A stretch of DNA of 64,000 bases, taken from contig NW_003526941.1 of the NCBI RefSeq assembly GCF_000181795.1, positions 1,980,232-2,044,231 of the forward strand, written 5' to 3'. Origin of the DNA: Trichinella spiralis. Lineage: Eukaryota. Positions within the stretch are counted from its first letter, which is position 1, and the number at the start of each line of letters is the position of its first letter. A model generated the notes under the pieces. It did not search any database, had not been told where the DNA came from, and worked only from the letters and a program-made list of their open reading frames with translations. Below are positions 27,401 to 38,679 of this stretch, in pieces. The position numbers and the translations under genes were made by a program.

Positions 27401-29589
27401 TCTAAGTATATGAAAAACAGCTTACCCTCTCTGGGGCAACAAACTGTTGATAGCCGATCATGACCAACATGACAGAAATGTGTAGGCGGACAACTGCTTG
27501 CTATCGATGAACCAGAACAAAGCAACACTCGACCGCTTTGCTGACGTAGAGGTGTTCCATTGGCGCAAGTACGTCCTAAGGCAAAAAAAATCAAACAACT
27601 GACTAATGATTTCTTCATATGGAGAAAGAACAGTGAAAAATTTACGTTCACAAAATGCACGACATTCATCAGACGATTCGAAATTATTCATATTGCCATC
27701 AGTGCCACGATAGAGGAACTCTTGACAACGGCCACTTATCTGGTCGAAATACCAACGCACCAATGGTCGAGAACCTTGACCAAGATCTAATGGCAAAAAG
27801 CATTCGGATGGATAATGGTCCAGCTGATGATGACCAGCAACTAAAATGACAAATCATTTGTGGAAATTTCATTTCAAAAACAAATGTTCACTAACTGCTG
27901 CTGTCTGGACAGCAAACTGATGAGGTATTGTTCGGTGAAAAATGACATCTGAAGCCAGGAGAACACTGAAAGTTATTTTCAACACTGCAGTGCTCTGCCT
28001 CGACCGCTAAAACAGTTCCGTTGCAAACGAGTGTTGCCGATTCGCTTGCCTTTTTCAAATTATTTTCTTCATAAAAATTTTTCATACAATGATTACAATA
28101 ACAATGATAAACAATAACAAACTTACCAACTGGACAACAAACTGAAATTGTAGCATTGTAGTTACACAGCTGACCATTTGGACACTGATAATTGTTGTGC
28201 TGATCACAAAGCTCAACTTCATTGATTTTCTTCAATCCATTGCACACAAGAATCGACTGCTGACTAATCGGCTGATGACGAATATCTGGCTGCAAGAATC
28301 CGTACTGTTGTTCTCCAGCAATTAGCTTATTGCTAAGTAATACATCTGGAAACTGGTATCGTTGTGATGAACAAGCTGCCATGCATTCCATCTCAGTTTC
28401 AAAATTGTTTGCATTTCCGCCAAAACCGAAAAATAAAAACGTTCGACACTGGTCAGCATTCTGATCATAAGCCCAACGCACGTCCAAATTATAGCCTTGG
28501 CCAGTGCTGAGCGGCAACTGACATGGATCGCCAACCAATTCGCCAATACCCTTACCCTCAGAGGCAGGTCTGTATGCGGCAGGATTGCAGTAAAAATTGC
28601 ATTCAAATTGTGAACTGAATACATTCAACGTCTGGGTCGGTTCAATCGACTGGTGATGAATCATTACTGGCTGACACCTACCAATCAGTGCATCAAATGT
28701 CCATTGAAGTTGTGAACTACTACTGCCACCATTAATATTGCTATTGACAGCTGAAATCATCTTCGGCTGCAAACATCTCTCGTCAAATTCTACCGTCTGT
28801 TTCGAAGGGTGTACAGAAAGCGGCTGCCCAGCATTTGAAAGCACGCCTTCCCCTGAAGGAATAGCTGGAGCCATGGTTCCTGGAGCTGGCGTATTTACTG
28901 ATGGCTCAGGAAATGGCATCGGCTCTTTCGGTAATGTGTACACTGAACTGATCTGTGGCTTGGAGGGCTGTTGAACCATATACAACGGCCAAGTGGCTTG
29001 CAATTCTGAAATCGACTGCTGATCAGAAGTATAAACTGCAGTTCCCGGCGGGTACGTTTGTAAATTTTGCAGCACCGATTCAGGTATTTTCTGCCCGCCA
29101 TTGCCAGACGACGGCCTATGAATCACGTAAGGTGTTTGTGGAACGGTCGACGCCTGCACTGTTGACTGATGCGAATTCAGAATTCCATTCAAATTCTGAA
29201 CATTGGAATGGTTGGGAATTGGCATTGGACGGGGAGTGGTTTGCACTATTGGAGTTGGAATTTGTGGTTCCGGAGTTGGAATAATTTTTGGCAACGTAGG
29301 ATAAGTTGCAAACGGGTATGTCCAAGAGGCTGGATTAAAATTGAAGCCCATCGCGGACGCCAACGACTTATCTACCACATTCAACGCACTTGCAGGGTAT
29401 GGAAGTTTAGGGTGAGCATCGAAAACTGGTGGCGGCACTAAATAAAATAATTAAAAATTATTTAAGAAAAAAACATATTCATTTCAGCATCAGTGATATA
29501 ACACTTGCAATAACAAATAATTAACTGGCTTAACAGTAAACTTTTAACATATTTATCAAATAAATTTTAAAGAAAAATTAACAACACGA

Positions 29590-29665
<76 letters not shown>

Positions 29666-29910
29666 GTTGCCTGTGGTTGATGCAGCAGGAGAAGAGTTCT
29701 TAATACACTTTTGCACACACTGATCTTTGGTTAGAAAGTTGTTCTGATTGCCACCATATCCAGTATAGAAAAACTTCTGGCAGCCACCTAGCTTGACATC
29801 GTGATACCAGCGTTCCATACGTCCACTGCCGTGACCAGACAAACGTGGTAAATTACATCCATTATCAGCTTTAAATACAATAGAATGATTTAAATCAAAG
29901 AAGAATAAGA

Positions 29911-29941
<31 letters not shown>

Positions 29942-30459
29942 TCCCTGCTGTATTACCCAAAGCACTGGGACAACAATAGGTTGTGATTCGAGAAGAACCA
30001 ATGTGACACCAATAGCCGACCGTGCAATCCGCGTCTGAGAAACAATGCAAAGGCTTACCGTCGCTAAGCTGCGGGGCACCGTCACGGCACAGCAATGAAT
30101 AATCTAAAATTTATAAAATTTGCAATTTATGAAATTAGCTAATTTCACAACTATGTGGCAAATTTTTGTATTAATTGAGATACTGCTTACTGTCAGCAAA
30201 CTTTTCATTGCTCCCAATTTAAATATTTCACCTCTGCAAATAAATAAATAAACAAATATGAAGTGCCAGAAATATGGTGAATAAAATTCGATTCATTTGA
30301 AAATTCAATACTTATCACCACAGCTCAAAATGTTTGTATCTTATTGTTGAAACAATTATTCTAATGTGATTCGTCTTCGTTAATTAACTGCCTTGTTGCT
30401 ATTCTCTTTTCGATAAAAATGCACAATTACAAAAACGTTATTGCAATATATAAATAAAT

Positions 30460-30499
<40 letters not shown>

Positions 30500-30989
30500 G
30501 TACATAAACGAGTTTGACACAAGTGCAGCAAAATCAAAGTGCCGAAAATAAAATCACACCAAAAATGCTCTTACCTACATACTGGGTGTCAATTTGGAGT
30601 ACTTGTTTGTCAGAAATGGTTGTCGTTGGCAAATGAGTAACAATGTCAGCAAAACCAAACGGATTCGGTATATCAACGCTGAATGACGCTTCTCTTCCGC
30701 TGTTCAAATCCACATCTGGCGGGTAAATTTTCACCGTGATCACTTTGGCTTCGTTGCTAGGGTCGCTGTCCACACTATCCGGCAAAGCAGTGGCGTTCTC
30801 TTCTGTCGACTGATCTTGAGCAGCATCGTTGATCACGGCATCTGTGACCGGCTTGGCGGAGGTTCTCCTGATGATGGACAAAAAAACAGGCAAACCGGCG
30901 TCCGAGTCGTTGTTGCTGGTCACAACAGCGCTACTGAAAAGGAAAACCAAAAGCAGAAAAACAAAGTGAAAATGCTCGCTACTGTGCAT
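15448..30989 (-). CDS. Large secreted Kunitz (BPTI) + WR1/Lustrin cysteine-repeat protein (~17 Kunitz domains alternating with WR1/Lustrin repeats, Pro-rich N-terminal spacer), ~30 exons
   Basis: Signal-peptide exon MHSSEHFHFVFLLLVFLFSSAVVTS. Repeated C..P...G.G.....RWY(Y/F)......C..F.Y.G.GGN.NNF.....C...C exons alternate with NPC..G.P.......C......CP..YWCH.G......CCP exons, mostly joined by phase-1 introns. Stop TAA at 15448. The 5' end appears twice (alternative ATG at 33143) because of the gap-flanking duplication. Confidence 0.9.
20107..22497 (+). CDS. Neprilysin/ECE-like M13 family type II membrane protein, intronless, predicted catalytically inactive, nested antisense in the Kunitz gene intron
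   Basis: Single ORF with first ATG at 20107 (frame open from 20065). It has a basic stretch RERRKRRIKRR, a TM segment IFLIGLFSNLIGIILFVTLAVLV, then VDACSDFHEFACGGW, NYLVWR, LQPPFY, ENLADLVGL, EQLFFLSYANLWC and FSEAFHC...MSPSKRCDIY. The zinc motif reads AREITRAFD instead of GHEITHGFD. AATAAA at 22667-22672. Confidence 0.93.
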   Translation: MLRLHPRYVVDMHTLWCERERRKRRIKRRIFLIGLFSNLIGIILFVTLAVLVNSPEWTRDSDELRTRDQSTENRIEQRCRMVKQSGGWRQTAVNVLENVEASVDACSDFHEFACGGWRRRHAQYGHTVRDLLTERLFEQIRRALDLVDERTPLRALRRLKFAYAACVDTEAMDLLQGKPLCRLLTGNGDPVLGSWPLLELPDTEPGSGAGVAFKIGHLKAEYGVDTVFFAHAKPDAGDNDRSFVLELSGAALPLGLGSFTGLYYLDETHYGWIMREYAQLIERVAQLLRKQMLSADHPHPVLINRTEIDLMVEFEQNLARAVLDATDDDDAEMTWSLQTLQEQIPNFDWFAMFEALLQPDVLERIVPTDNAAADSEGRLRVKPAFLANVTELLQQTNNRTINNYLVWRLVKQSLPFLGQEYRDALRQFDRATRLRGHSAKTEEDRWRECVALINHNDHLPGLGYASGRLYAEHAFDDDEQADAEWLIEELRHTYQESVGRLRWMDPKQRHAAVDKLTSMRRYVGYPNWIRNDERLETYYERLEFDDDHDGAFEVHFKLRSWAVRENMRSLLSGAERLDQFVGSPDATESWYDRQLNMLTIPIGQLQPPFYRSDFPRAVTFGGLGSAVAREITRAFDPVGAKYDARSRQLNWWTAENKLRFTNITDCLSNDYEQYCYPHLNLCVNGQRTANENLADLVGLSIAYAAYRNWTTAQGEAEPSLPLVDFTPEQLFFLSYANLWCSHSSEQALIDQLTTGYEAPDRYRLIGTLRNFPPFSEAFHCSPESYMSPSKRCDIYN
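29591..29662. repeat. (TAA)n microsatellite, intronic
   Basis: About 24 perfect ATA/TAA units; the copy at ~31771-31821 is shorter and interrupted. Confidence 0.95.
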
Positions 30990-31162
30990 CGGCCACTTCC
31001 AGGGCTACAAGAGGACAACTAGAAAACGCGGCAGGATCACGGTCTTGCACTACTTGACCGCCCTGCCCTGTGTGTGCATGTGTACTCGCAGACAAATAAC
31101 GCGGACGTTGTTGTCCGTCGATGGCCGAGGACGACGGTCCTGTCACCGTCCATTTTGTGTTT

Positions 31163-31172
31163 NNNNNNNNNN
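31163..31172. other. Assembly gap (10 N)
   Basis: Run of n characters. Confidence 1.
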
Positions 31173-31773
31173 GTGGCTTGCAATTTTGAAATCGACTGCT
31201 GATCAGAAGTATAAAGTGCAGTTCCCGGCGGGTACGTTTGTAAATTTTGCAGCACCGATTCAGGTATTTTCTGCCCGCCATTGCCAGACGACGGCCTATG
31301 AATCACGTAAGGTGTTTGTGGAACGGTCGACGCCTGCACTGTTGACTGATGCGAATTCAGAATTCCATTCAAATTCTGAACATTGGAATGGTTGGGAATT
31401 GGCATTGGACGGGGAGTGGTTTGCACTATTGGAGTTGGAATTTGTGGTTCCGGAGTTGGAATAATTTTTGGCAACGTAGGATAAGTTGCAAACGGGTATG
31501 TCCAAGAGGCTGGATTAAAATTGAAGCCCATCGCGGACGCCAACGACTTATCTACCACATTCAACGCACTTGCAGGGTATGGAAGTTTAGGGTGAGCATC
31601 GAAAACTGGTGGCGGCACTAAATAAAATAATTAAAAATTATTTAAGAAAAAAACATATTCATTTCAGCATCAGTGATATAACACTTGCAATAACAAATAA
31701 TTAACTGGCTTAACAGTAAACTTTTAACATATTTATCAAATAAATTTTAAAGAAAAATTAACAACACGAAATA

Positions 31774-31805
<32 letters not shown>

Positions 31806-32070
31806 TATAATAATAATAATATACAGTTGCCTGTGGTTGATGCAGCAGGAGAAGAGTTCTTAATACACTTTTGCACACACTGATCTTTGGTTAGAAAGTT
31901 GTTCTGATTGCCACCATATCCAGTATAGAAAAACTTCTGGCAGCCACCTAGCTTGACATCGTGATACCAGCGTTCCATACGTCCACTGCCGTGACCAGAC
32001 AAACGTGGTAAATTACATCCATTATCAGCTTTAAATACAATAGAATGATTTAAATCAAAGAAGAATAAGA

Positions 32071-32101
<31 letters not shown>

Positions 32102-33143
32102 TCCCTGCTGTATTACCCAAAGCACTGGGACAACAATAGGTTGTGATTCGAGAAGAACCAATGTGACACCAATAGCCGACCGTGCAATCCGCGTCTGAGA
32201 AACAATGCAAAGGCTTACCGTCGCTAAGCTGCGGGGCACCGTCACGGCACAGCAATGAATAATCTAAAATTTATAAAATTTGCAATTTATGAAATTAGCT
32301 AATTTCACAACTATGTGGCAAATTTTTGTATTAATTGAGATACTGCTTACTGTCAGCAAACTTTTCATTGCTCCCAATTTAAATATTTCACCTCTGCAAA
32401 TAAATAAATAAACAAATATGAAGTGCCAGAAATATGGTGAATAAAATTCGATTCATTTGAAAATTCAATACTTATCACCACAGCTCAAAATGTTTGTATC
32501 TTATTGTTGAAACAATTATTCTAATGTGATTCGTCTTCGTTAATTAACTGCCTTGTTGCTATTCTCTTTTCGATAAAAATGCACAATTACAAAAACGTTA
32601 TTGCAATATATAAATAAATTTGAATATATATATATATATATATATATGTATATGTACATAAACGAGTTTGACACAAGTGCAGCAAAATCAAAGTGCCGAA
32701 AATAAAATCACACCAAAAATGCTCTTACCTACATACTGGGTGTCAATTTGGAGTACTTGTTTGTCAGAAATGGTTGTCGTTGGCAAATGAGTAACAATGT
32801 CAGCAAAACCAAACGGATTCGGTATATCAACGCTGAATGACGCTTCTCTTCCGCTGTTCAAATCCACATCTGGCGGGTAAATTTTCACCGTGATCACTTT
32901 GGCTTCGTTGCTAGGGTCGCTGTCCACACTATCCGGCAAAGCAGTGGCGTTCTCTTCTGTCGACTGATCTTGAGCAGCATCGTTGATCACGGCATCTGTG
33001 ACCGGCTTGGCGGAGGTTCTCCTGATGATGGACAAAAAAACAGGCAAACCGGCGTCCGAGTCGTTGTTGCTGGTCACAACAGCGCTACTGAAAAGGAAAA
33101 CCAAAAGCAGAAAAACAAAGTGAAAATGCTCGCTACTGTGCAT
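31173..33143 (-). CDS. Second copy of the 5' exons (signal peptide, WR1, Kunitz 1, start of Pro-rich exon) of the Kunitz/WR1 gene, truncated at the gap
   Basis: ORFs 32688-33143, 31736-32245 and 31037-31618 repeat ORFs 30534-30989, 29567-30085 and the start of 27891-29438. Likely the same locus represented twice. Confidence 0.5.
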
Positions 33144-33906
33144 CGGCCACTTCCAGGGCTACAAGAGGACAACTAGAAAACGCGGCAGGATCACGGTCTT
33201 GCACTACTTGACCGCCCTGCCCTGTGTGTGCATGTGTACTCGCAGACAAATAACGCGGACGTTGTTGTCCGCCGATGGCCGAGGACGACGGCCTGTCACC
33301 GTCATTTGTGTTTATTTTGCCAATACACTTGAAAGTGAAAAGGGCGTGGCCACAGCTTGGCACCGACGAGCTCTGGACGTTCTTCCGTTCGTTGCCCAAG
33401 CAGCATTCATTTAAACTGATCGTCATGATCCTCATCATTGTTCTAAACTTGTCGTCATTTTTCACTTTATCAACAACACTAAACAAAACACCATCCTTTA
33501 CCTCGCCTCATTCTAACCCACGTTCGCTCGCTCTCTTTTCTGGCCTTTCTTACGTTTTGTTGTGAAGGAAAAATAATCCAATTTAAAAAATACGGAGCAG
33601 GGCTAAATTTTTTTTATTCAATTAAAATTACCTCAGCACACAGACAGCTGTAGCGTGAAAAATGTAAAGATTAATGGGAAAAAAAGCAAAAAACCAGTGG
33701 AGAGAATCAATTTTCACTGCTTGCTTGAAGATGATGCTTGCTTTTCAGTAGGTTTCGCTTCTCTGCGGGGTCCCAAATTACTAAAAATTAGCCAAATCAA
33801 TTCCCAATAGAATCAGTTTAAAGTGAATATAAAACAACATAAACAACTCAACGTATTATATTGAATATTATTATTTATAAAATGATTAATTTCTGTAATC
33901 TATTTT

Positions 33907-35337
33907 TCACACAAACCATCTGATTGGAAGTGGCTTGTGAACAAGCTGCTTGCGAAGTTGACGAATTTCTTTCTGCTCAATTTCCATCTGTTGACGTTCA
34001 GCTTCTTCTTTCAACGACTGATAAAAGCATCGACGTTGTTCAAGATGCTCATCGAACGCTTTTCGTTTCAACGCTCGTTGCTCAGTATTCAATATGATTG
34101 GTTGCGCTTCTACAAAAGAATATATTCATTTTTATCAGAAAAAAACAGAAATTTCACATTTCACAAGTAGAATAAAATTTGAACATATTTTCAAAAGAAA
34201 TGATTTTTTAATACTAATTTTCTCGCGTTCATTGCGCTGAATTTGAAATGGCTTCCGCAGACTGGATGGAGGTGGTCTCGCACGAAACTGACGCATACGC
34301 TTTGCCTGCTCAGATTCTTCTTTCAACTAAAAATGAAAACCTTCATCATTACAAAAAAATTAATCATAAAACAGTATACCTTCTGCTGGAACTTCTTTTC
34401 ATGAATTCGATGCCTTTCATCTGTACGAAATTTAAATTCTTGCACACGATTCGACGAGCTCAGTTTCGTTGCAAACGCATGCTGCTGAACAATCTGCACA
34501 TACAACAAAGAGCCAATTGTTATAAAATAAACTATGAACAATTAAAAAAGACAACTTTTTCTGATAAATTCCTCTTCGTTGTACATTGCAATTCCATGCC
34601 AACATTTTCTTCAGCCGAATTAGTTAAAACGGATGTAAGGCTGCTGCCTAAGGCTGATGAAGCAATCAAACTTTCCCCGGAAAAATTTGTACTAAAAATT
34701 GACATCGTTTTCAGACAAAAGTCGAACAAGTTATTATTTTTTTGCAGATGAAATTATTCACAAAATACTAGTTCAAAAAACGGTGCACGTTATATTGAAA
34801 CGAAAAAGTTCATTTCAATCATGCTCGAACAAACAACACACAATCCACAGAAAAGCAAACATCCCAAAGTACCTGACTGTTTCATCATTCAAACTGTTTG
34901 TCGATGAAAGCACATCGTCGAAAGTTTCCACATTAAGTTTTCTCATCATTTCTCCTGCTTCTGCTATAAAACAAACACTTATACTATTTTTACAAAATCA
35001 ACTTCTAATAAAAAAACAAAAAAAAGTACCCTGATCATTATCAATAAGATGGTGTTCAATACTTGCTACAACTGATCTTGCTGCGGGTTTTTCAATGTCA
35101 AAATTTTCTTTCTCATTCAAACTTATATCTACACACTTGAATGAGCTATTTTCAAAACTGCCACTAAATTAAATTCGTACAATATGACATTTCTAAATTG
35201 TCATATACATATATCAAGCAAACAATAAAAGAAACTAACTCAGGAGCAGATGACGGTAGACATAGTTCAAAATTTTCGGAAAATTCGCTCGGAAAACTGT
35301 TCGCTGCAGAGATAGAGAAGTGATCGCCGTTCGACAT
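33907..35337 (-). CDS. TPX2-like microtubule-associated protein (TPX2 C-terminal domain), ~7 exons
   Basis: ATG at 35337 lies directly after a TTTTAG acceptor. Internal motifs QEFKFRTDER and RQFRARPPP. The C-terminus NTEQRALKRKAFDE...EIRQLRKQLVHKPLPIRWF matches the TPX2 C-terminal signature (R.LR+ELVHKA.PI). Confidence 0.75.
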
Positions 35338-38300
35338 TTCTAAAAAGATATTTTCTTTTCACTAAATTCCCATCCTATACAAGAGCACGATGATCAAAGT
35401 TCAATATACTGTTGGCTGTGTAAAGAACATTATTATATTAAAGGCAAACAGATTGCTCAAAAACGGCAACAATTTAAATGACAATAAAGAACTGATCAAT
35501 AACAAAATAAAAATATCAGGATCGTAAATAATATGAAATATGTAAGATAATGTCAATGAAGATTATTTATTGTCCAAATTTGTTTCCAATTATAACAATC
35601 CGTTACTCATCGATTCGAGTTCAACAAATACAACCGAAATTTGTGTTCACTTAACATGACCTATATAAAATTTCAAATTACGGTCAAATATTCAACAATA
35701 CTACCTGCACATCATTTAGATGATATTCCAATTTACAAATAAAAATTAATTTTAGGAAAAAATTTCATAACTGAGTTATCAACATTGGCTAATACAAAAA
35801 AACTGATAATTAAACGCAATCATAAAACAACAAACGACCTTACAAATTGTTTGATTTCAACTTAATTAAAATTGTATTACGTTAAATGCAATTAAAACAG
35901 AGTTCAAGATGGATGAATTTAATGGATAAAGTTCGGTGACATATTTTAACCAAAACTATTAAAGCAGCGACAAACGTTTCCCTCCGCAAAACAACTTCCA
36001 AAATACTTGGACAAAAAATTACGTTTTTCCTTGAACAAAGATTCTCACTGATAGAATGTTACTTTGCCAGCTGAGATATAAAAACTTTTACCAAATTTAG
36101 TTTTGCAAAAAAAGTGTAAAATTGAAAAATATTTTTCTATCTGAAACTGTTGCATAAAAGTTGCATTTCTTTCTTTTTATTTGCTGAAAAGATTGACTAT
36201 CAGTTCTGTGTAAAACAATGCTTTTACATCAAATTTATCATGGAATAATTATTGTACACTGATAAAATTTCATCTTTTACCTCATTTTCAAGACAATTTT
36301 GTTGATTTTAAATTTTTAAATTAATTTAATTCAATAAAATTCGATCAACTAAACAGAGAATGGAAGACAAGAGTCGAAAGTTCGAACTAAATGCAGTGAA
36401 ATTTCACAACTACTTAAAAAGCAACTAAGAATACAGCAAAGTGTAGAATGTACAGAAAAATATTTTCTACAATCATTGTTGAAGAAAATGAAAAATTCTC
36501 TCTTTTCAGCACTGAATCTCAATGCTCGAAAATCACAACAGTTACAAAGGCAACATTAAAAGTGTCAACTAAATCAGCAACATATTAATCATCAGATCAA
36601 CATTTTGGAAACAACAGAAAAGTTTGCTTAAATTTCAAAGCCGCTTTAAAATAATAATAATAACGCAATTCTCAAAAATTCTATTCAATTCGATTCTGCC
36701 ATCGAGAAACTAATTAAAAGCCTAAAGCAGAAGCGATAACGATTAGTGAATGGAGCATAAACAATCATACACTGCTTTGAACGGCAAACTGCTATCTGTT
36801 CAAATTATAGTCAAGATTTCCAATGTTCAACTACAAATTGAACGTGAATTCAAGATTTGAAAACAAAAATCTCAATACAACCAGATGAATGTGCAATTGT
36901 AAAATGAGGTAATCTTTCCAAACCAATGTTGCTGCTAACAGCTAACGGCAATGATGCTTGGAATGAAAAACCATAATTAAACTGACTGCAGAAATGAAAA
37001 ATGCAAAATTACTTCAGCCACATTGAAATATTACTTTAGTATTGGAATGGCTAATTTTCTCAAGGAATACACAATATTGTAATGCTCATTAATTTAAATG
37101 TTGCGGAACTGGTTATTTATAATTAATAGGTACTTCTCAATCGTTGTTTGACAACGTAATAACAAGGAATGAGATGCACCTGAGCAAACAAAATGCAAAT
37201 TTCTATACAACGCGCATGCGGAAAATTAATGCAATTTCTCTATCCGTAGTTATTTATTTGCTATTGCGCACACGATGTTTTAAATTTTGCACCGCTGATT
37301 TTGGTCAACATATTTTATTCTCCACGACGCCAAAGGGTACATTTAATAATAAAAAATCTTTACATTTATAATGTTCAATTATAAAAAGAAATAATTTCCA
37401 TTTCTCACAACAAATATTATTCAGGTTTGAAACGAATTGCTTAAAATGCACCGAATAAATCGGATCAATGTAGACACGAATTTCAGCGTTAAGGGTCCTT
37501 GAATTGTGTTTTTTGCCCACACTCCCATCCTTGTATCCAACGTGAAGAAAAAGTATCCCATTCTTTGCGATGCAAAGAAAAAAATACAGTTCAGACTGTT
37601 GTCATGGCCAAACAGAACGCTTGTGGATCAAACAGAAAAAAGGGACCGCCAAAAAATTCTCGACAGTCACCGAACCTTGACAAGAACGATTAGAGTCCAA
37701 GCATGGCGATCAGGTTGAAAATTGACCACTGGACGGCCTTCACGTAAAACACGCAGAGGATGCATGTTCTTTGAAATTGTTAATAAAAGAAATCGTTCTG
37801 ATTCCGTTTCACGAAAACTATACTTTCAAGGCAAAACATCGCTGTGACTTTGAAAGCAGACACATACCATCACTGTAATAACACTTTCAAAAAGCATGCC
37901 TGGGTCAACGAAAATAAAACTATGAACAAAAAAAAACAAAAATTTAAATTACCCTCCTGAAAATTCATTACTATTTTCTTCATAAGCCTATGAATTAATT
38001 GATCTATAATTGGTTAATTCCAAAGTTTTGTGCAAAGAATCTCAAGCTGATAACTGTAACATTTTCTACAACGAATACACACACATACACAAGCCTATAT
38101 GCGTATATGCATACATATTCCTTTCAATAATTATAAAATAATAATATTTTAAGATGAGTTCAAGCAATTATTTAAGTGAATGAAGAAATGCTTTTTTTAA
38201 ATTAAAATTGCAAATGTTGATTTTAAAATGCTCCCATACAAGCAAAGATAAAACAGAATTTGAAGAAAAAAAATGTAAATTCATTCTTAGCGGTTGTTGA

Positions 38301-38679
38301 CAGGGCAAGCAAAGCGACAATAATAACAATATTCGACGTTTGCTTTCTAGCAGACGGATAGCCATTAACAAAAGAAATTTTTTTCCTCACCCAAAGGTGG
38401 TATCTCAGACAACTTCTTGGTTCTGCCTAATAACAGAAGAACTCGGACGACCCCATTTTTAGTCAGGGAAAAAAATCACACCAACTAAACGCTCCCATTG
38501 TTGCGCGCAATTCTTACCGACAATCTGGTTCCGTTGAAACTGTATAAAAAAGCATCCAACCACAGCCGATGTCCACTTCGCCATACATCTTACCATCTTG
38601 TAGCTGTGCATCTTAGTCCTGTGACTAATTCGCTTTTGTGGTATAACTTCAAGCTGAACTCAGCATTAATACTCCCACC

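Larger units (their letters stand above)
28993..33313. repeat. Near-identical ~2.15 kb direct duplication (28993-31162 vs 31173-33313) flanking an assembly gap; probably an unmerged contig overlap or haplotype
   Basis: The sequence after the Ns restarts at GTGGCTTGCAATT exactly as at 28993. Exons and introns match; the differences noticed are in (TAA)n/(TA)n microsatellites and a few bases near the contig ends. Confidence 0.9.

Noticed and set aside
15448..29870. CRISPR-like or transposon-derived periodicity suggested by recurring AAGTTGTTCTGATT/GTGACACCAATA strings
   Set aside because: These are conserved codons (NQNNF, YWCH) of repeated Kunitz and WR1 exons, not DNA-level repeats.
29567..30085. 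ORF ending in a poly-tyrosine run (poly-Ile in the duplicate copy)
   Set aside because: Read-through into an intronic (TAA)n microsatellite after the Kunitz exon donor.
35880..37780. Short ORFs and splice-like signals between the TPX2-like and mucin/Tg1 genes
   Set aside because: No consistent, phase-compatible gene model or recognisable motif could be built.
38400..38470. Small hairpin (TTCTG-N8-CAGAA) followed by a U-rich tract, superficially snRNA/SL-RNA-like
   Set aside because: No recognisable spliced-leader or snRNA sequence; short hairpins are expected by chance. A covariance-model search would be needed.
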